A stretch of DNA of 64,000 bases from Candidatus Woesebacteria bacterium (lineage in GTDB: Bacteria > Patescibacteriota > Microgenomatia > UBA8517): assembly GCA_016700095.1 (NCBI GenBank), contig CP065002.1:780175-844174 (forward strand), written 5' to 3'. Both the position numbers and the translations under genes were made by a program. Positions within the stretch are counted from its first letter, which is position 1. Each line of letters begins with the position of its first letter. The notes beneath the pieces are model-generated. The model saw only the letters and a list, made by a program, of their open reading frames with translations, did no database searches and had not been told where the DNA came from. Positions 49,364-59,612 of the stretch are shown here, piece by piece.

Positions 49364-50383
49364 CTATAAACCTCTTAACAGTTTTCGGGCCGTTTCAAAT
49401 ACAAAGGTTAGATAGTAATTACGCGATACCGGCAAGTCGTGAGCATGGAGCCAATCAATTCTTTCACCACCAAACCCTGTTTTAAAAGTTGTCACTCCGG
49501 CAAAACGATGTTTTTTCCTGCCCAATGGTGCTATGCCCCAAAAATTATACCCTTTTAAATTTCGTTTTTTGACTTCTTGTATGACGTTCCATTGAAGAAA
49601 GTACGATGAAGGAATTTGCTGGAATTTTGTCGTCGACCCGCTATGATGATAATAACCGTAATTACCGTAATAAATAATAATCGCAGCAACAAGTGGAACT
49701 TTTTTCTTCCAAACTATGTAGAGTCTCGCCTGATTATCTTTACCAAAAGTAGCCAACTGTGCTTTAAACAATCTATCCGAAAAGCCCACAAATCCATGTC
49801 TCTCAACTGTTTCCTTTTGTAGATTGGATAGAATTTGCGTACTTTTTTCATCTAGAGTATCAGTAATTGTAAGTCCAAACCCAGTGCTCTTTTTCACAAT
49901 ATAGCGGGTGTTTTTTCTCATACCGGCAAGGATATCTTCGCTTGTTTTAGTGGTATCTAAAATCCATGTATTCTCGGCATGTAAATGCATGGGTGCAAAT
50001 ATAAAACCAAGGGATGTAAACAATTTACGGTTAACCGGGGAATCTTCTAATTCTGGCCTCACTCTTACAAACCATACTTTTTCGTCCCTAGCCAGTTTTT
50101 TAATGTGACCAAGAAACGATGCTACTAGTTGTTTATTATGCCAATCAATTAACGGGCCTCCGGGAATCAAAAAATGCGGACCCCTTCTGGCTTTTTGTTT
50201 GATCACAAGGCAAGTACCGACAAGCTTACTCTTATTATAATATCCAAATCTAAATATCTTATCTCCCATAACGCGGTGCGACTCACCCCAATTCCATGAT
50301 TGTAAAAATGATTTTGGGTTTTGACATAAGACAAATTCTTCCCAGATTTCTTTGCTTTGAATTTCTTTAACTTCGTAGTGCAT
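49364..50383 (-). CDS. FemAB-family aminoacyltransferase (peptidoglycan interpeptide-bridge formation, FemX-like)
   Basis: About 340 aa with the FemABX N-terminal pattern ...KEIWEEFVLCQNPKSFLQSWNWGESH... and a two-GNAT-like-lobe architecture. Confidence 0.7.
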   Translation of the reverse strand: MHYEVKEIQSKEIWEEFVLCQNPKSFLQSWNWGESHRVMGDKIFRFGYYNKSKLVGTCLVIKQKARRGPHFLIPGGPLIDWHNKQLVASFLGHIKKLARDEKVWFVRVRPELEDSPVNRKLFTSLGFIFAPMHLHAENTWILDTTKTSEDILAGMRKNTRYIVKKSTGFGLTITDTLDEKSTQILSNLQKETVERHGFVGFSDRLFKAQLATFGKDNQARLYIVWKKKVPLVAAIIIYYGNYGYYHHSGSTTKFQQIPSSYFLQWNVIQEVKKRNLKGYNFWGIAPLGRKKHRFAGVTTFKTGFGGERIDWLHAHDLPVSRNYYLTFVFETARKLLRGL

Positions 50384-51614
50384 GTTTTATAAGTGAAATA
50401 ACTTGGTGAACTTGCTTTTCGTCTAAATTGGGATAAGTTGGTAAATTTACGACTCTTTTTGATAAATACTCGGCGTGCGGGCAATCACCCAAACGATAAC
50501 CGACATTTTCCAAATCGCATTTCGGATCGATTATATTTGTATACCAATTGCCAAGCAGTATTTTTTTTTCTTTGGCGATCTCCAATATTCGTTTCGGGTC
50601 ATCAACCAATATCGGAAATCTTAACCAAATCGCCTCGGTATTTTTGGGAGGAAGTGTGACTTTTTTCATTTTCAGGTTGTCAAAATACATATTAGCAATT
50701 GTCATTCGATGTGCGTTAAAATTGTCCAATTTAGCAAATTGCCGACTGGCCAGGGTAGCCAAAGGTGTAGACATTTTTCGTGGAAATAGATCAATTTGTT
50801 GTGTATGTAATTCCTGCCTATACACGGGTTTTGATAATATCTTAGCTTTCTGAAAAACAAACAATAATATTTTTCCAACACTCACCTTACCGACACCAAA
50901 ATGATATAACGGCAATATTACTAGATTAAATAGAATCGGATGAAGTAATTGCTGGACAGCAAAAAATATTGTTGACTTTTTTAGAGTATCAATGTTGTGT
51001 GATATGGCGCTTCCTAATTTGACATTTTTGGTCAGAATCATTCCCCCAAAAACACTTGAGACTATTTTATCACGCCCGAAACTAAAAAAGGCTGCGTCGG
51101 AATATGTACCTAAAGGCTGGTGTTTAAATTTTGCACCCAAAGAATGCGCACAGTCCTCAATCAGGAAAATGTTATGCTTTTGGGCAATATTTTTAATAAT
51201 ATCAATTCTTGCTGGTATCCCGAAAGTATGTTGAACAATAATTGCTTTGGTTTTTTTGGTAATCTTTTTATCCAAATCGACAGGATCCAGGTTAAAAGTA
51301 TCATCAATGTCAACAAATACAGGTTTAGCCTTTAGCCATTTAATCGAATTGGGGACTGCAATACACGTAAACGCTTGCACGAGAACTTCGTCTCCCTTCT
51401 TTATTCCCAGTGATTTGAGAATTACGTATTCTGCACTTCTTCCGCTATTTACAGCATATGCCCGATAATCTTTTCCGAATCTTTTTTCAAATTGCGATTC
51501 TAAATTCTTTATATTTTTTTCCAGCCAATTAAAAGGATTAAATAATGTTTTTAGGGCAATTGCCAAGTCGTCTTTTTGTGTATTTGGGGATAGCGAAATA
51601 AATATTGGTTTCAT
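50367..51614 (-). CDS. DegT/DnrJ/EryC1/StrS-family PLP-dependent (sugar) aminotransferase
   Basis: ...NSGRSAEYVILKSLGIKKGDEVLVQAFTCIAVPN... and the Lys-containing ...FSFGRDKIVSS motif. Confidence 0.75.
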   Translation of the reverse strand: MKPIFISLSPNTQKDDLAIALKTLFNPFNWLEKNIKNLESQFEKRFGKDYRAYAVNSGRSAEYVILKSLGIKKGDEVLVQAFTCIAVPNSIKWLKAKPVFVDIDDTFNLDPVDLDKKITKKTKAIIVQHTFGIPARIDIIKNIAQKHNIFLIEDCAHSLGAKFKHQPLGTYSDAAFFSFGRDKIVSSVFGGMILTKNVKLGSAISHNIDTLKKSTIFFAVQQLLHPILFNLVILPLYHFGVGKVSVGKILLFVFQKAKILSKPVYRQELHTQQIDLFPRKMSTPLATLASRQFAKLDNFNAHRMTIANMYFDNLKMKKVTLPPKNTEAIWLRFPILVDDPKRILEIAKEKKILLGNWYTNIIDPKCDLENVGYRLGDCPHAEYLSKRVVNLPTYPNLDEKQVHQVISLIKHALRS

Positions 51615-53200
51615 GTATAAAGGGATTGAATGTGTTTAGTTACTTTAGCCGGTAATCTGCCTTCAAATAAAAATACGCTATCTTTTTGGTTCAATCTGTC
51701 AATTATACCAATAATCTCATCGGGGTTTGTCGTTATGAGTAATTTTTCCGGTTTTTCTTCAAAACTGTTTTTAAAGTCATTTATATAATCGGCATTGGTT
51801 AGCACCAATATATCGGCACTTTTTTCGATTAACAGCCCTAAATTTCTATGCACCGTATGCGAGGCATTTGCCAGCTCAATTATTCCGGGTGTGACAACAA
51901 TCTTAACACCCGTGTACTTCGACAGCGATTTAACCGCAGCCTCAAACCCCTTTGGTGTCGAATTGTAGGTATCATCTATAGCAACCGCATGCGACTTGAA
52001 TATGTTTTTAGTCATTGTACCCGTTTGCGTAATCATGGTTAAACACGCCTTCTCGATAGCTTTCCATGAAACACCCAGTAACCTTGCGATTAGAATTGCA
52101 CCTGTAAGATTTTCGATAAAATGTTCATCGGTAATATTGGTATGTAGTTTTCTAATAACACCTGCTAGGCTAATTTCAAAAGATATCCCGTCTCTTTTAT
52201 TTTTTGTAATTTTTGCAACGGCACACTTTTTAGTCGATTTTCCCGATCCCACTTTGTATCGATACACATCAAGTTTCTTGTGTTTTTCGGCTCTTTGAGC
52301 AAGTTCCTCGCAGATTGTATTTGATGTATTAAATACCGCCATACCCTTGTCGGGTAATGCATCAATAAGCTCGTATTTGGCAGTTTTTATATTTTCTAAA
52401 CTTCCAAAAAGCTCAAGATGCTGCTCCTCGATACCGGTTATAACCCCAATTGAAGGATGTGTGAAATCAGCAATCGCGGCGATTTCACCGATTTTGTAAG
52501 CACCCATTTCCGCGATAAATACTTGTGTTTGTTCACTAAAATCACTAAGTATCTTTCTGGCAACACCGAATTCGTTATTCTGGTTTTTATATGTTTTTTC
52601 AACTACAAAGGAATCTTCAAGAAGATGACAAAGGAATTCTTTTGTTGTTGTTTTTCCATAGCTACCGGTTATTCCGATCACTTTGGGCTTAATCTTGGCA
52701 AGCTTTGTTCTCGCCTTGTGCACATCTTCTTTTTTAGCTTTTTCTACCAACGGTTTTGTAACGATAACCCCGACAGCAATGCCAATTATTAAATTTAGTT
52801 CAGCCAACAAAAGCGCTGTTTCAAATCGTATAATATCAAGGACTTGGATTAGCACAATAACGACAAACCCCACCAATACAGTTTTAAAAATATTGGATAT
52901 TCGCTTTGTTATAACTGGCTTAGGTATTTGTCTTCTCAATAATTTACTAAACAAATAAATATCCAAGACAACAAACAATCCAATCGGAATTAAGGAAACA
53001 GGACTAATAAAAATAAGTACTATTTTCAAAATAATCTGAGTTAACAATAACTTTTCGACTCCGGAACTACTTTTCAATAATATTTTAAATTTATCGAGCC
53101 TATACTCTTTCTCCTGTACCCGATACATCCAAACCACCAATTGCAGAAAAGCCTGTGGAAACCAGATTGCTAAAACTATTAGTTTGAAAGTATTATCCAT
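51611..53200 (-). CDS. murF: UDP-N-acetylmuramoyl-tripeptide--D-alanyl-D-alanine ligase MurF with an about 150-aa polytopic membrane N-terminus
   Basis: The Mur ligase P-loop VIGITGSYGKTTTKEFL starts near residue 165. Residues 1-150 form about 4 predicted TM helices in place of the usual MurF N-domain. Confidence 0.8.
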   Translation of the reverse strand: MDNTFKLIVLAIWFPQAFLQLVVWMYRVQEKEYRLDKFKILLKSSSGVEKLLLTQIILKIVLIFISPVSLIPIGLFVVLDIYLFSKLLRRQIPKPVITKRISNIFKTVLVGFVVIVLIQVLDIIRFETALLLAELNLIIGIAVGVIVTKPLVEKAKKEDVHKARTKLAKIKPKVIGITGSYGKTTTKEFLCHLLEDSFVVEKTYKNQNNEFGVARKILSDFSEQTQVFIAEMGAYKIGEIAAIADFTHPSIGVITGIEEQHLELFGSLENIKTAKYELIDALPDKGMAVFNTSNTICEELAQRAEKHKKLDVYRYKVGSGKSTKKCAVAKITKNKRDGISFEISLAGVIRKLHTNITDEHFIENLTGAILIARLLGVSWKAIEKACLTMITQTGTMTKNIFKSHAVAIDDTYNSTPKGFEAAVKSLSKYTGVKIVVTPGIIELANASHTVHRNLGLLIEKSADILVLTNADYINDFKNSFEEKPEKLLITTNPDEIIGIIDRLNQKDSVFLFEGRLPAKVTKHIQSLYT

Positions 53201-53439
53201 ATTTTTTTCTAAATATTTACAACAGATCTTAAGGTCATATTAAATAGTATAATTCGGGGTTAACAAAATCCTTCTTAACCCCCTCTTTAAACACGCTTAA
53301 AAGTAATTTCAACAGAAAAGTTTGCCTTCGTGGCAAATTAGCCTTCTCCAATCTTACTCTAAACAAGCTTTCATAAACTTGAGACCAAGCGTTTATTAAT
53401 ATCCAACGTTAAGTATAAAATTCCTTTCATTGGCGCAAA

Positions 53440-54141
53440 TTATTTAAAATAGTTGTCAATTTTACAGGCAATACTTTTTGATAAATTGTAAGGCAATTTA
53501 TGACCTTGGTTTTTATAAATAAACATCTGTGAATAAGCGCTATTGCGTTTAATAAATCTTGCGTCACCAATGGGCGTCATTTTGTCTTCCAAACCCCACA
53601 GAATCAAGATAGGTACTTTAACTTTGTGTATTACTTTTCGCAAATCTTCATTGATTACATTTTGAAATGTTTTTTTCATAGTAAATCCCAATTTTTCATA
53701 ATCGTGTTCGCGTGCCACTTTATACAAACCCTTGCGAAACATTTTAGAAAAAATCGGAATGACTAAAAATATCTTTCCTGCTTTCGCGGCGATAAAAAAT
53801 ACCATGCGCTTAACCTTACTTGCCCTGGAAAAACCTCCGCTCGCGCATAGTACCAAACCTGAAACACGGTTACTTCGCAAACCCATCTTTACAGCGATGC
53901 GCCCGCCAAACGAGTGACCAAAAACGATATATTTATCATTATCAAAATGCTTGACGGCAATCTTTGTTACATACGTCGAATAGCGATCTAAATCCCATAC
54001 GCTTGTTACGGGTTTTTCAAATCCCGCCAGTTTGGGAATCACTACCTTCCACCCCAGATGCACCAATTCTTTTTCAAGCGGTTTTAGCTTTTTAGAACTT
54101 GCTCCCCAACCATGCAGAAGAATGATGTTTTTAGAAGCCAT
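53440..54141 (-). CDS. Alpha/beta-hydrolase fold protein
   Basis: Oxyanion HGWG plus nucleophile elbow GHSFGG. A catalytic His lies near the C-terminus. Confidence 0.65.
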   Translation of the reverse strand: MASKNIILLHGWGASSKKLKPLEKELVHLGWKVVIPKLAGFEKPVTSVWDLDRYSTYVTKIAVKHFDNDKYIVFGHSFGGRIAVKMGLRSNRVSGLVLCASGGFSRASKVKRMVFFIAAKAGKIFLVIPIFSKMFRKGLYKVAREHDYEKLGFTMKKTFQNVINEDLRKVIHKVKVPILILWGLEDKMTPIGDARFIKRNSAYSQMFIYKNQGHKLPYNLSKSIACKIDNYFK

Positions 54142-54156
54142 ATATATATTCTACAT

Positions 54157-54942
54157 TTAAAGTGAAATTTTTTGCACTTTTTTCAACTTTTCTTTCAAAA
54201 ACCAACTTGCAACATTTACAAAGTTGTCAGTTAAATCCGTAACAAAGTATTCGTGAAAAGGTTGACGGGAATTATTTTGCATGTTTTTGTCTTTCAATAC
54301 TTGCCCGAGTGAAATTGCCACCGTCTTTCCTGCATCCAGTAAACTCACATCTTTCCCCATGTAATTACGAATTTTATTTGCCAACATGGGGTAATGCGTA
54401 CAACCTAAAACAAGGGTGTCTACTTTATTTCTTCTCATATCACTTAGGTAATTATCTATTAGCATATCTATTAACTTACCCTTAACGATACCTTCCTCAA
54501 TAAACGGTACAAACAAGGGACACTCTTTCTCAATAACTAGTGCGTGTGGATTAATTTTTTTTATACCGTTTGTGTAAGCATGACTATTTACTGTACCGCG
54601 CGTTGCAATTACACCGATTTTTTTTATGTTGACAAGCGACATCATGCACGATGATACGACATCCAAAACCGGAATTGTCATACTTTGCCGTACTTCGTTG
54701 GCAGCCCAAGAAGATGCGGTATTGCAGGCAATAACTACACACTTAACGTTCTTTCCTACCAAAAATTGCGCATCCTGTTTGGCAAATTTAACAACCACTT
54801 CTTTACTCCGGGTACCATACGGAACTCTGGCCGTATCGCCCAGATAGACTATGCTTTCGTTGGGTAATAGTGCGCGAATCTGAGAAACTACGGTTAAACC
54901 ACCGAGTCCCGAATCAAATACACCAATGGGTCTTGTGTCCAT
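54157..54942 (-). CDS. murI: Glutamate racemase
   Basis: IGVFDSGLGGLTV..., catalytic Cys motifs (VIACNTAS, LGCTHYP). Confidence 0.85.
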   Translation of the reverse strand: MDTRPIGVFDSGLGGLTVVSQIRALLPNESIVYLGDTARVPYGTRSKEVVVKFAKQDAQFLVGKNVKCVVIACNTASSWAANEVRQSMTIPVLDVVSSCMMSLVNIKKIGVIATRGTVNSHAYTNGIKKINPHALVIEKECPLFVPFIEEGIVKGKLIDMLIDNYLSDMRRNKVDTLVLGCTHYPMLANKIRNYMGKDVSLLDAGKTVAISLGQVLKDKNMQNNSRQPFHEYFVTDLTDNFVNVASWFLKEKLKKVQKISL

Positions 54943-54954
54943 ATTTTTTAGTAC

Positions 54955-56319
54955 TCATTGAAGCCTTTCAACACATGCTTTGAATAAAGCACCCCTTTGT
55001 TTGTAGCTTGTGAACATATCAAAACTTGCGGCACCCGGCGACAATAAAACCACTCCACCAGATTTCGTAACTTGTCTTGCTTTATCAACTATTATTTTCA
55101 TATCGGTTTTTCCTAGATTATCAACATTTACTTTTATATTTTCCTTTGTAATTAATGTCATTAGTTTTTGAGAAATCTGGCCAATGAGCAATATATTTTT
55201 TACACTACTTAACTTAATCTGTTTAATCATTTCTTCATAATTTAACAATTTATCATAACCGCCCAGTATCAACGTAATCGGTTCCGTAAACGACTTAATC
55301 GCTGCAATAACCGGATCGGGTCCGGTGGAAAATGAATCATTGTAATATTTAATTCCGCCAACTTCACGGACAAGTTCCAATCTATGTTCCAGTCCGCGGA
55401 AAGAAAAAACAGCCGCTTTGATTGCATCACTTTTTATATTAAGTACTTTTGCGACTGTAAGTGCGGCAAGAACATTTTCCCAATTATGTTTCCCTCTTAA
55501 CAGCAAATCTGCCGTGTTGCCAAGAACGGTTTTTGTGTTGTTTAAATTAGTAATCAGCATATTGTCGTCAACATAGCTTCCCTCAACACTGTTTTTTATA
55601 CTGAAAGCATATTTTTTACCCTTGCCAATTTTGGAAAAACTTTTGGGTACTTCGTAATCGTTATTAATCACTGCATAATCTTTGTCATTCTGGAATTTAA
55701 CGATATTCTTTTTGGCTGCACGATACTCATTAATACTTGCATGCCAGTCTAAGTGATCTGCTGTAATATTTAAGATAACCGCAATATGTGGGCTTTTATC
55801 AAGATCCATAAGCTGAAAAGATGAAAGCTCGAGAACAACTATGGAATTCCTGTTAAGTTTGGGCAGTAATGACAAAAATGGAATCCCGATATTTCCGGCT
55901 AAATGAACATCGCAACCGGCAGTTTTTAAAATTTCGTAAATCAAGGTACTCGTTGTCCCCTTTCCCTTGGTGCCTGTCACACCTATAATTTTACAAGGGG
56001 ATTTTTCAAAAAATAGTTTTACCGCCGAGGAAACCATAACACCTTGTTTTACTGCATGTATAATTTCGTCTCTCAAGGGATATACTCCCGGTGACCGAAA
56101 TATGAAGTTGTACTGCGACAGATCACTTGTAAACGCTTTTTTTCCAAAGATATATTTGACCGACTTTTTGATTGTTGGTGGAATAGTAATATTATCCTCT
56201 TCTTTCTCATCAAGAATTGTAATCTCGGTTTTGAAATTCTGTAAGTATAATGCCAGATCAACACCTTCGACACCCAAACCCAGAATGGCAATTTTTTTAT
56301 TAGTGTATTTTGTTTCCAT
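54955..56319 (-). CDS. murD: UDP-N-acetylmuramoylalanine--D-glutamate ligase MurD
   Basis: N-terminal Rossmann-like KIAILGLGVEG and P-loop IIGVTGTKGKGTT. Confidence 0.85.
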   Translation of the reverse strand: METKYTNKKIAILGLGVEGVDLALYLQNFKTEITILDEKEEDNITIPPTIKKSVKYIFGKKAFTSDLSQYNFIFRSPGVYPLRDEIIHAVKQGVMVSSAVKLFFEKSPCKIIGVTGTKGKGTTSTLIYEILKTAGCDVHLAGNIGIPFLSLLPKLNRNSIVVLELSSFQLMDLDKSPHIAVILNITADHLDWHASINEYRAAKKNIVKFQNDKDYAVINNDYEVPKSFSKIGKGKKYAFSIKNSVEGSYVDDNMLITNLNNTKTVLGNTADLLLRGKHNWENVLAALTVAKVLNIKSDAIKAAVFSFRGLEHRLELVREVGGIKYYNDSFSTGPDPVIAAIKSFTEPITLILGGYDKLLNYEEMIKQIKLSSVKNILLIGQISQKLMTLITKENIKVNVDNLGKTDMKIIVDKARQVTKSGGVVLLSPGAASFDMFTSYKQRGALFKACVERLQ

Positions 56320-56322
56320 ATC

Positions 56323-58632
56323 CTAAATTTGTGACAATTTATGTCTCATTAGGTTGTCAGCCTTAGTTAACTGATCGGGAGTATTTATACCACACCACTG
56401 AGATGAATCCTTAATTGCATATACCAAAACCTTACGTGATTGTTTTATGGCAAGTTCAATAAAATCAGTCAACAAATATTCCTGTTGCACATTGTTATTT
56501 TTTATTTTACCGAAATTTTCCATAAACCAAGCGCGATCAAAAAGATACACCCCATCATTTACTTCGCTAATCTTTTTTTCCTCGTCGGTTGCATCTTTCT
56601 CTTCAACGATTTTTACAAAGTTATCTTTTTCGTCTCTTACAATCCGGCCAAATCCGAAAGGATTATCTAAAACCAAACTAATTAAAGTAATTGTTGCCTT
56701 ACTGTCACTATGCATTTTTATCAATTTCCTGTATGTTTCTTTGGTGTAAAAAGCATTGTCATCGCCATACATTACCAAAACATTTCTGTTCTTTGACTCA
56801 CCCACTCCACAAAATGCCGCATGGCCGGTTCCCAATTGCCGGTCTTGCTCAACGTAACGAAGCGAATTACCAAAATATGTGTGTATTACATCTAGCCTAT
56901 AACCAACGACTGCAATAATATCCACTACTCCAATCCGCCGCAAGTTATCGATAGGATAGGTTAACATTGGTTTACCTGCTAACTTATGCATTACTTTGGG
57001 TGTTTGCGATTTTAGTCTACTGCCTTTTCCGGCAGCAAGAATTACAGCATCTAGTAGCAATTTGTTAGTCAATATATCTTTCACAAATTCCCTGTCGTTC
57101 CAGGGATGCTCCACATTATCATAAGCCATCGACATTTCATGACCTTTCCCGCATATCACGACAGTGTCACCTTTTTTAGCAAGTTTTTTTATCGCATAAT
57201 AAATCGCCTCACCTCTTTCGGGCATTGTCAAATATGCGTGTTTCTCAAGTTTATTAATGTCTTCGACAGATAAATCAGTTGCATTTACCGTATCACTTCC
57301 TACTCCTGACAACATATCCTTGAATATACTAAACACATCTTCTTTGCGCGGATCCTCTGCCGTAAACACTGCAATATCAGCAAGTCTTGTTGCAACTTCG
57401 GCCATCATTGGACGCTTTGTTAAGTCTCTTTGGCTTGCACATCCAAACACACATATCACTCGGCCTTGGGACTCACTCTTAAGTTGTCGTAAAACATTTT
57501 CCAGTGAGTTCGGAGTATGTGCGAAATCAACATATATTTTTAGGTGTAAATCATTGTTGATTTCTTCTCGCCTTCCTTCCAATTGAGGGAATGATGATAG
57601 TGCGGTGTTTATTACTTTATCGGAAATAGTATAGTGTTTTGCCACACTAATTGCCGCAAGAGCATTAGAAATATTGTAGCTACCTGCCATTGATAACTTG
57701 ACTTTAAATTTTGAAGCTTTAGTTTTGACTTCAAATGTAGGTATATTTTTTGTGTGAGTTATATTTGACGCATACACATCTGCTGATTTATCGATGATAG
57801 AGTACGAAATTATTTGAGATTTGTTTTCTCTTCTTTGGGATAAGAAATTATACGCACTGTCATCTTTATTGAGAACTATCGTGTTTCCCGCTTCAAAAAG
57901 CATCGCTTTCGCGTTCAAATAATTTTCAAAAGTTTTATGATAATCAAGATGTTCGTGAGTTATGTTTGTCAAAACACTTACATCAAAATCAACCCCAATA
58001 ACCCGACCTTGATCTAAACCATGTGAAGTTACTTCGATGACTGCATATGTGCAACCGTTTGCAACCATGCGAGAAAGAAGTTTTTGTAAATCAATTGAAT
58101 CGGGATTTGTAACATGTAGCCCGGTGTCAATTGCTTCATTACCGATTTTTGCCGAAATCGTACTAATCATACCCACATTCTCACCACTACTTTTTAGTAT
58201 TTCGTAAATCATATTTACTGTAGTTGTTTTCCCGTCGGTACCAGTCACGCCAATAACTTTCATTTTTTCGCTTGGATTGTCAAACCACTGCGAAGCCAAT
58301 AGACCAAGCGCTTCACGCGAATCGGCAACTTTCACATATGCAGTAAGTGAAGACCAGCTTTTGTCAGGTAGCTTTTCCCCGACAACACATGCCGCCCCCG
58401 AATCGATAGCTTTTTGTATATAATCATGTCCGTCGCAATTTAAACCTTTTATGGCAACAAACATATCACCTTTTTTCACTTTTCTACTGTCTTGAGTAAT
58501 TCCCGAAATAAGGACATCCTTTCCCATAAATTGATAATTCGGAAGGCACTTAAGTAGTGTCAGTAGTTTATTTTTCATGTCAAAGGAATTGTACTTCGGG
58601 CTCAAGGAGGACATTAAATTTATCATAAACAT
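56323..58632 (-). CDS. murE: Fusion protein: MurE-type Mur ligase (N-terminal about 500 aa) plus GlmU-N-terminal-like sugar-1-phosphate nucleotidyltransferase domain (C-terminal about 250 aa)
   Basis: P-loop VIGVTGTDGKTTT and the Mur ligase C-domain. The C-terminal half then begins AVILAAGKGSRLKSQTPKVMHKLAGKPML, the GlmU/NTP-transferase signature. No LbH acetyltransferase repeats are present. The true start is probably an internal Met, because the ORF overlaps murB by 53 nt. Confidence 0.75.
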   Translation of the reverse strand: MFMINLMSSLSPKYNSFDMKNKLLTLLKCLPNYQFMGKDVLISGITQDSRKVKKGDMFVAIKGLNCDGHDYIQKAIDSGAACVVGEKLPDKSWSSLTAYVKVADSREALGLLASQWFDNPSEKMKVIGVTGTDGKTTTVNMIYEILKSSGENVGMISTISAKIGNEAIDTGLHVTNPDSIDLQKLLSRMVANGCTYAVIEVTSHGLDQGRVIGVDFDVSVLTNITHEHLDYHKTFENYLNAKAMLFEAGNTIVLNKDDSAYNFLSQRRENKSQIISYSIIDKSADVYASNITHTKNIPTFEVKTKASKFKVKLSMAGSYNISNALAAISVAKHYTISDKVINTALSSFPQLEGRREEINNDLHLKIYVDFAHTPNSLENVLRQLKSESQGRVICVFGCASQRDLTKRPMMAEVATRLADIAVFTAEDPRKEDVFSIFKDMLSGVGSDTVNATDLSVEDINKLEKHAYLTMPERGEAIYYAIKKLAKKGDTVVICGKGHEMSMAYDNVEHPWNDREFVKDILTNKLLLDAVILAAGKGSRLKSQTPKVMHKLAGKPMLTYPIDNLRRIGVVDIIAVVGYRLDVIHTYFGNSLRYVEQDRQLGTGHAAFCGVGESKNRNVLVMYGDDNAFYTKETYRKLIKMHSDSKATITLISLVLDNPFGFGRIVRDEKDNFVKIVEEKDATDEEKKISEVNDGVYLFDRAWFMENFGKIKNNNVQQEYLLTDFIELAIKQSRKVLVYAIKDSSQWCGINTPDQLTKADNLMRHKLSQI

Positions 58633-59605
58633 CTAACGATATTTTTTGAGCTAACTCTTTAATTTCTTTTGCAGTTCCCAATTTGTCGGGATTAGTTAAT
58701 ACAAGAGCATGCTTTGTTGAAACAGCAACATTTTTGTATTTTTTTCCCTTCCAGCCTGCTTTGTCAATCAGCCAACCCGCCGATAATTTAACTGTTGTAG
58801 CAGTGTTGGGAAAATTTGGAATATCAGGATGCAAAGTTAATAGTTTTTTCAAAACCGTTTTTTTAACAATCGGATTTTTAAAAAAAGACCCACTGTTACA
58901 AACTATTTTCGGATTCTCAAGTTTTTCCGAACGAATAGCCAAAACAGCACACCTAACTTGAGAAAGGGTTGGATTAACAATATTTTTTGCTTCCAAATAA
59001 CCTGTCAGGGATTGATATTTAATTTTCGGGACATTGATTTTTTTAAGTCTCAGAGTTACTTGATAAACGATATAGCGTCCCTTATTCCCTTTTCTTTTAA
59101 AAACACTATCCCGATAACCAAACTGGCATTCCTTTTTTGAAAAACGTTTAAATTTACCCAATTTAGTGTCGTATGCTGTTAGCGAAACGAAGGTCTCTTT
59201 AATTTCCTGTCCATATGCTCCGATATTTTGTATAGGTGCAGCACCGGTAGTCCCCGGTATTCCCGATAAGCACTCAATTCCTTGATATCCCTTCTTAACC
59301 ATTTCCCCAACCAATTCTTCCCAATTTTTACCAGCTCCGACCGTCACCAAAACACTGCTTTTTCTAAGTTTAATTTCTACATCCTTGTTCGTTAAACTTA
59401 CAACAACTCCATCTATTCCATCATCGTTAATTAGTACATTGCTACCACCACCCAATGCGACTACTTGGAGTTTATTTTCCTTGGCAAATTTGCAAATTTC
59501 TACCAATTCTGATTTAGTAGTCGCTTGTGCAAAATATTTCGCATTTCCGCCAATACTAAAAGTCGTACGATTTTTAAGGGACACTGATTCTCTAATATTT
59601 TTCAT
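58580..59605 (-). CDS. murB: UDP-N-acetylenolpyruvoylglucosamine reductase MurB
   Basis: FAD-binding domain (NRTTFSIGGNAKYF, ALGGGSNVL) and C-terminal substrate domain. Confidence 0.85.
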   Translation of the reverse strand: MKNIRESVSLKNRTTFSIGGNAKYFAQATTKSELVEICKFAKENKLQVVALGGGSNVLINDDGIDGVVVSLTNKDVEIKLRKSSVLVTVGAGKNWEELVGEMVKKGYQGIECLSGIPGTTGAAPIQNIGAYGQEIKETFVSLTAYDTKLGKFKRFSKKECQFGYRDSVFKRKGNKGRYIVYQVTLRLKKINVPKIKYQSLTGYLEAKNIVNPTLSQVRCAVLAIRSEKLENPKIVCNSGSFFKNPIVKKTVLKKLLTLHPDIPNFPNTATTVKLSAGWLIDKAGWKGKKYKNVAVSTKHALVLTNPDKLGTAKEIKELAQKISLDVYDKFNVLLEPEVQFL

Positions 59606-59612
59606 TATATTT

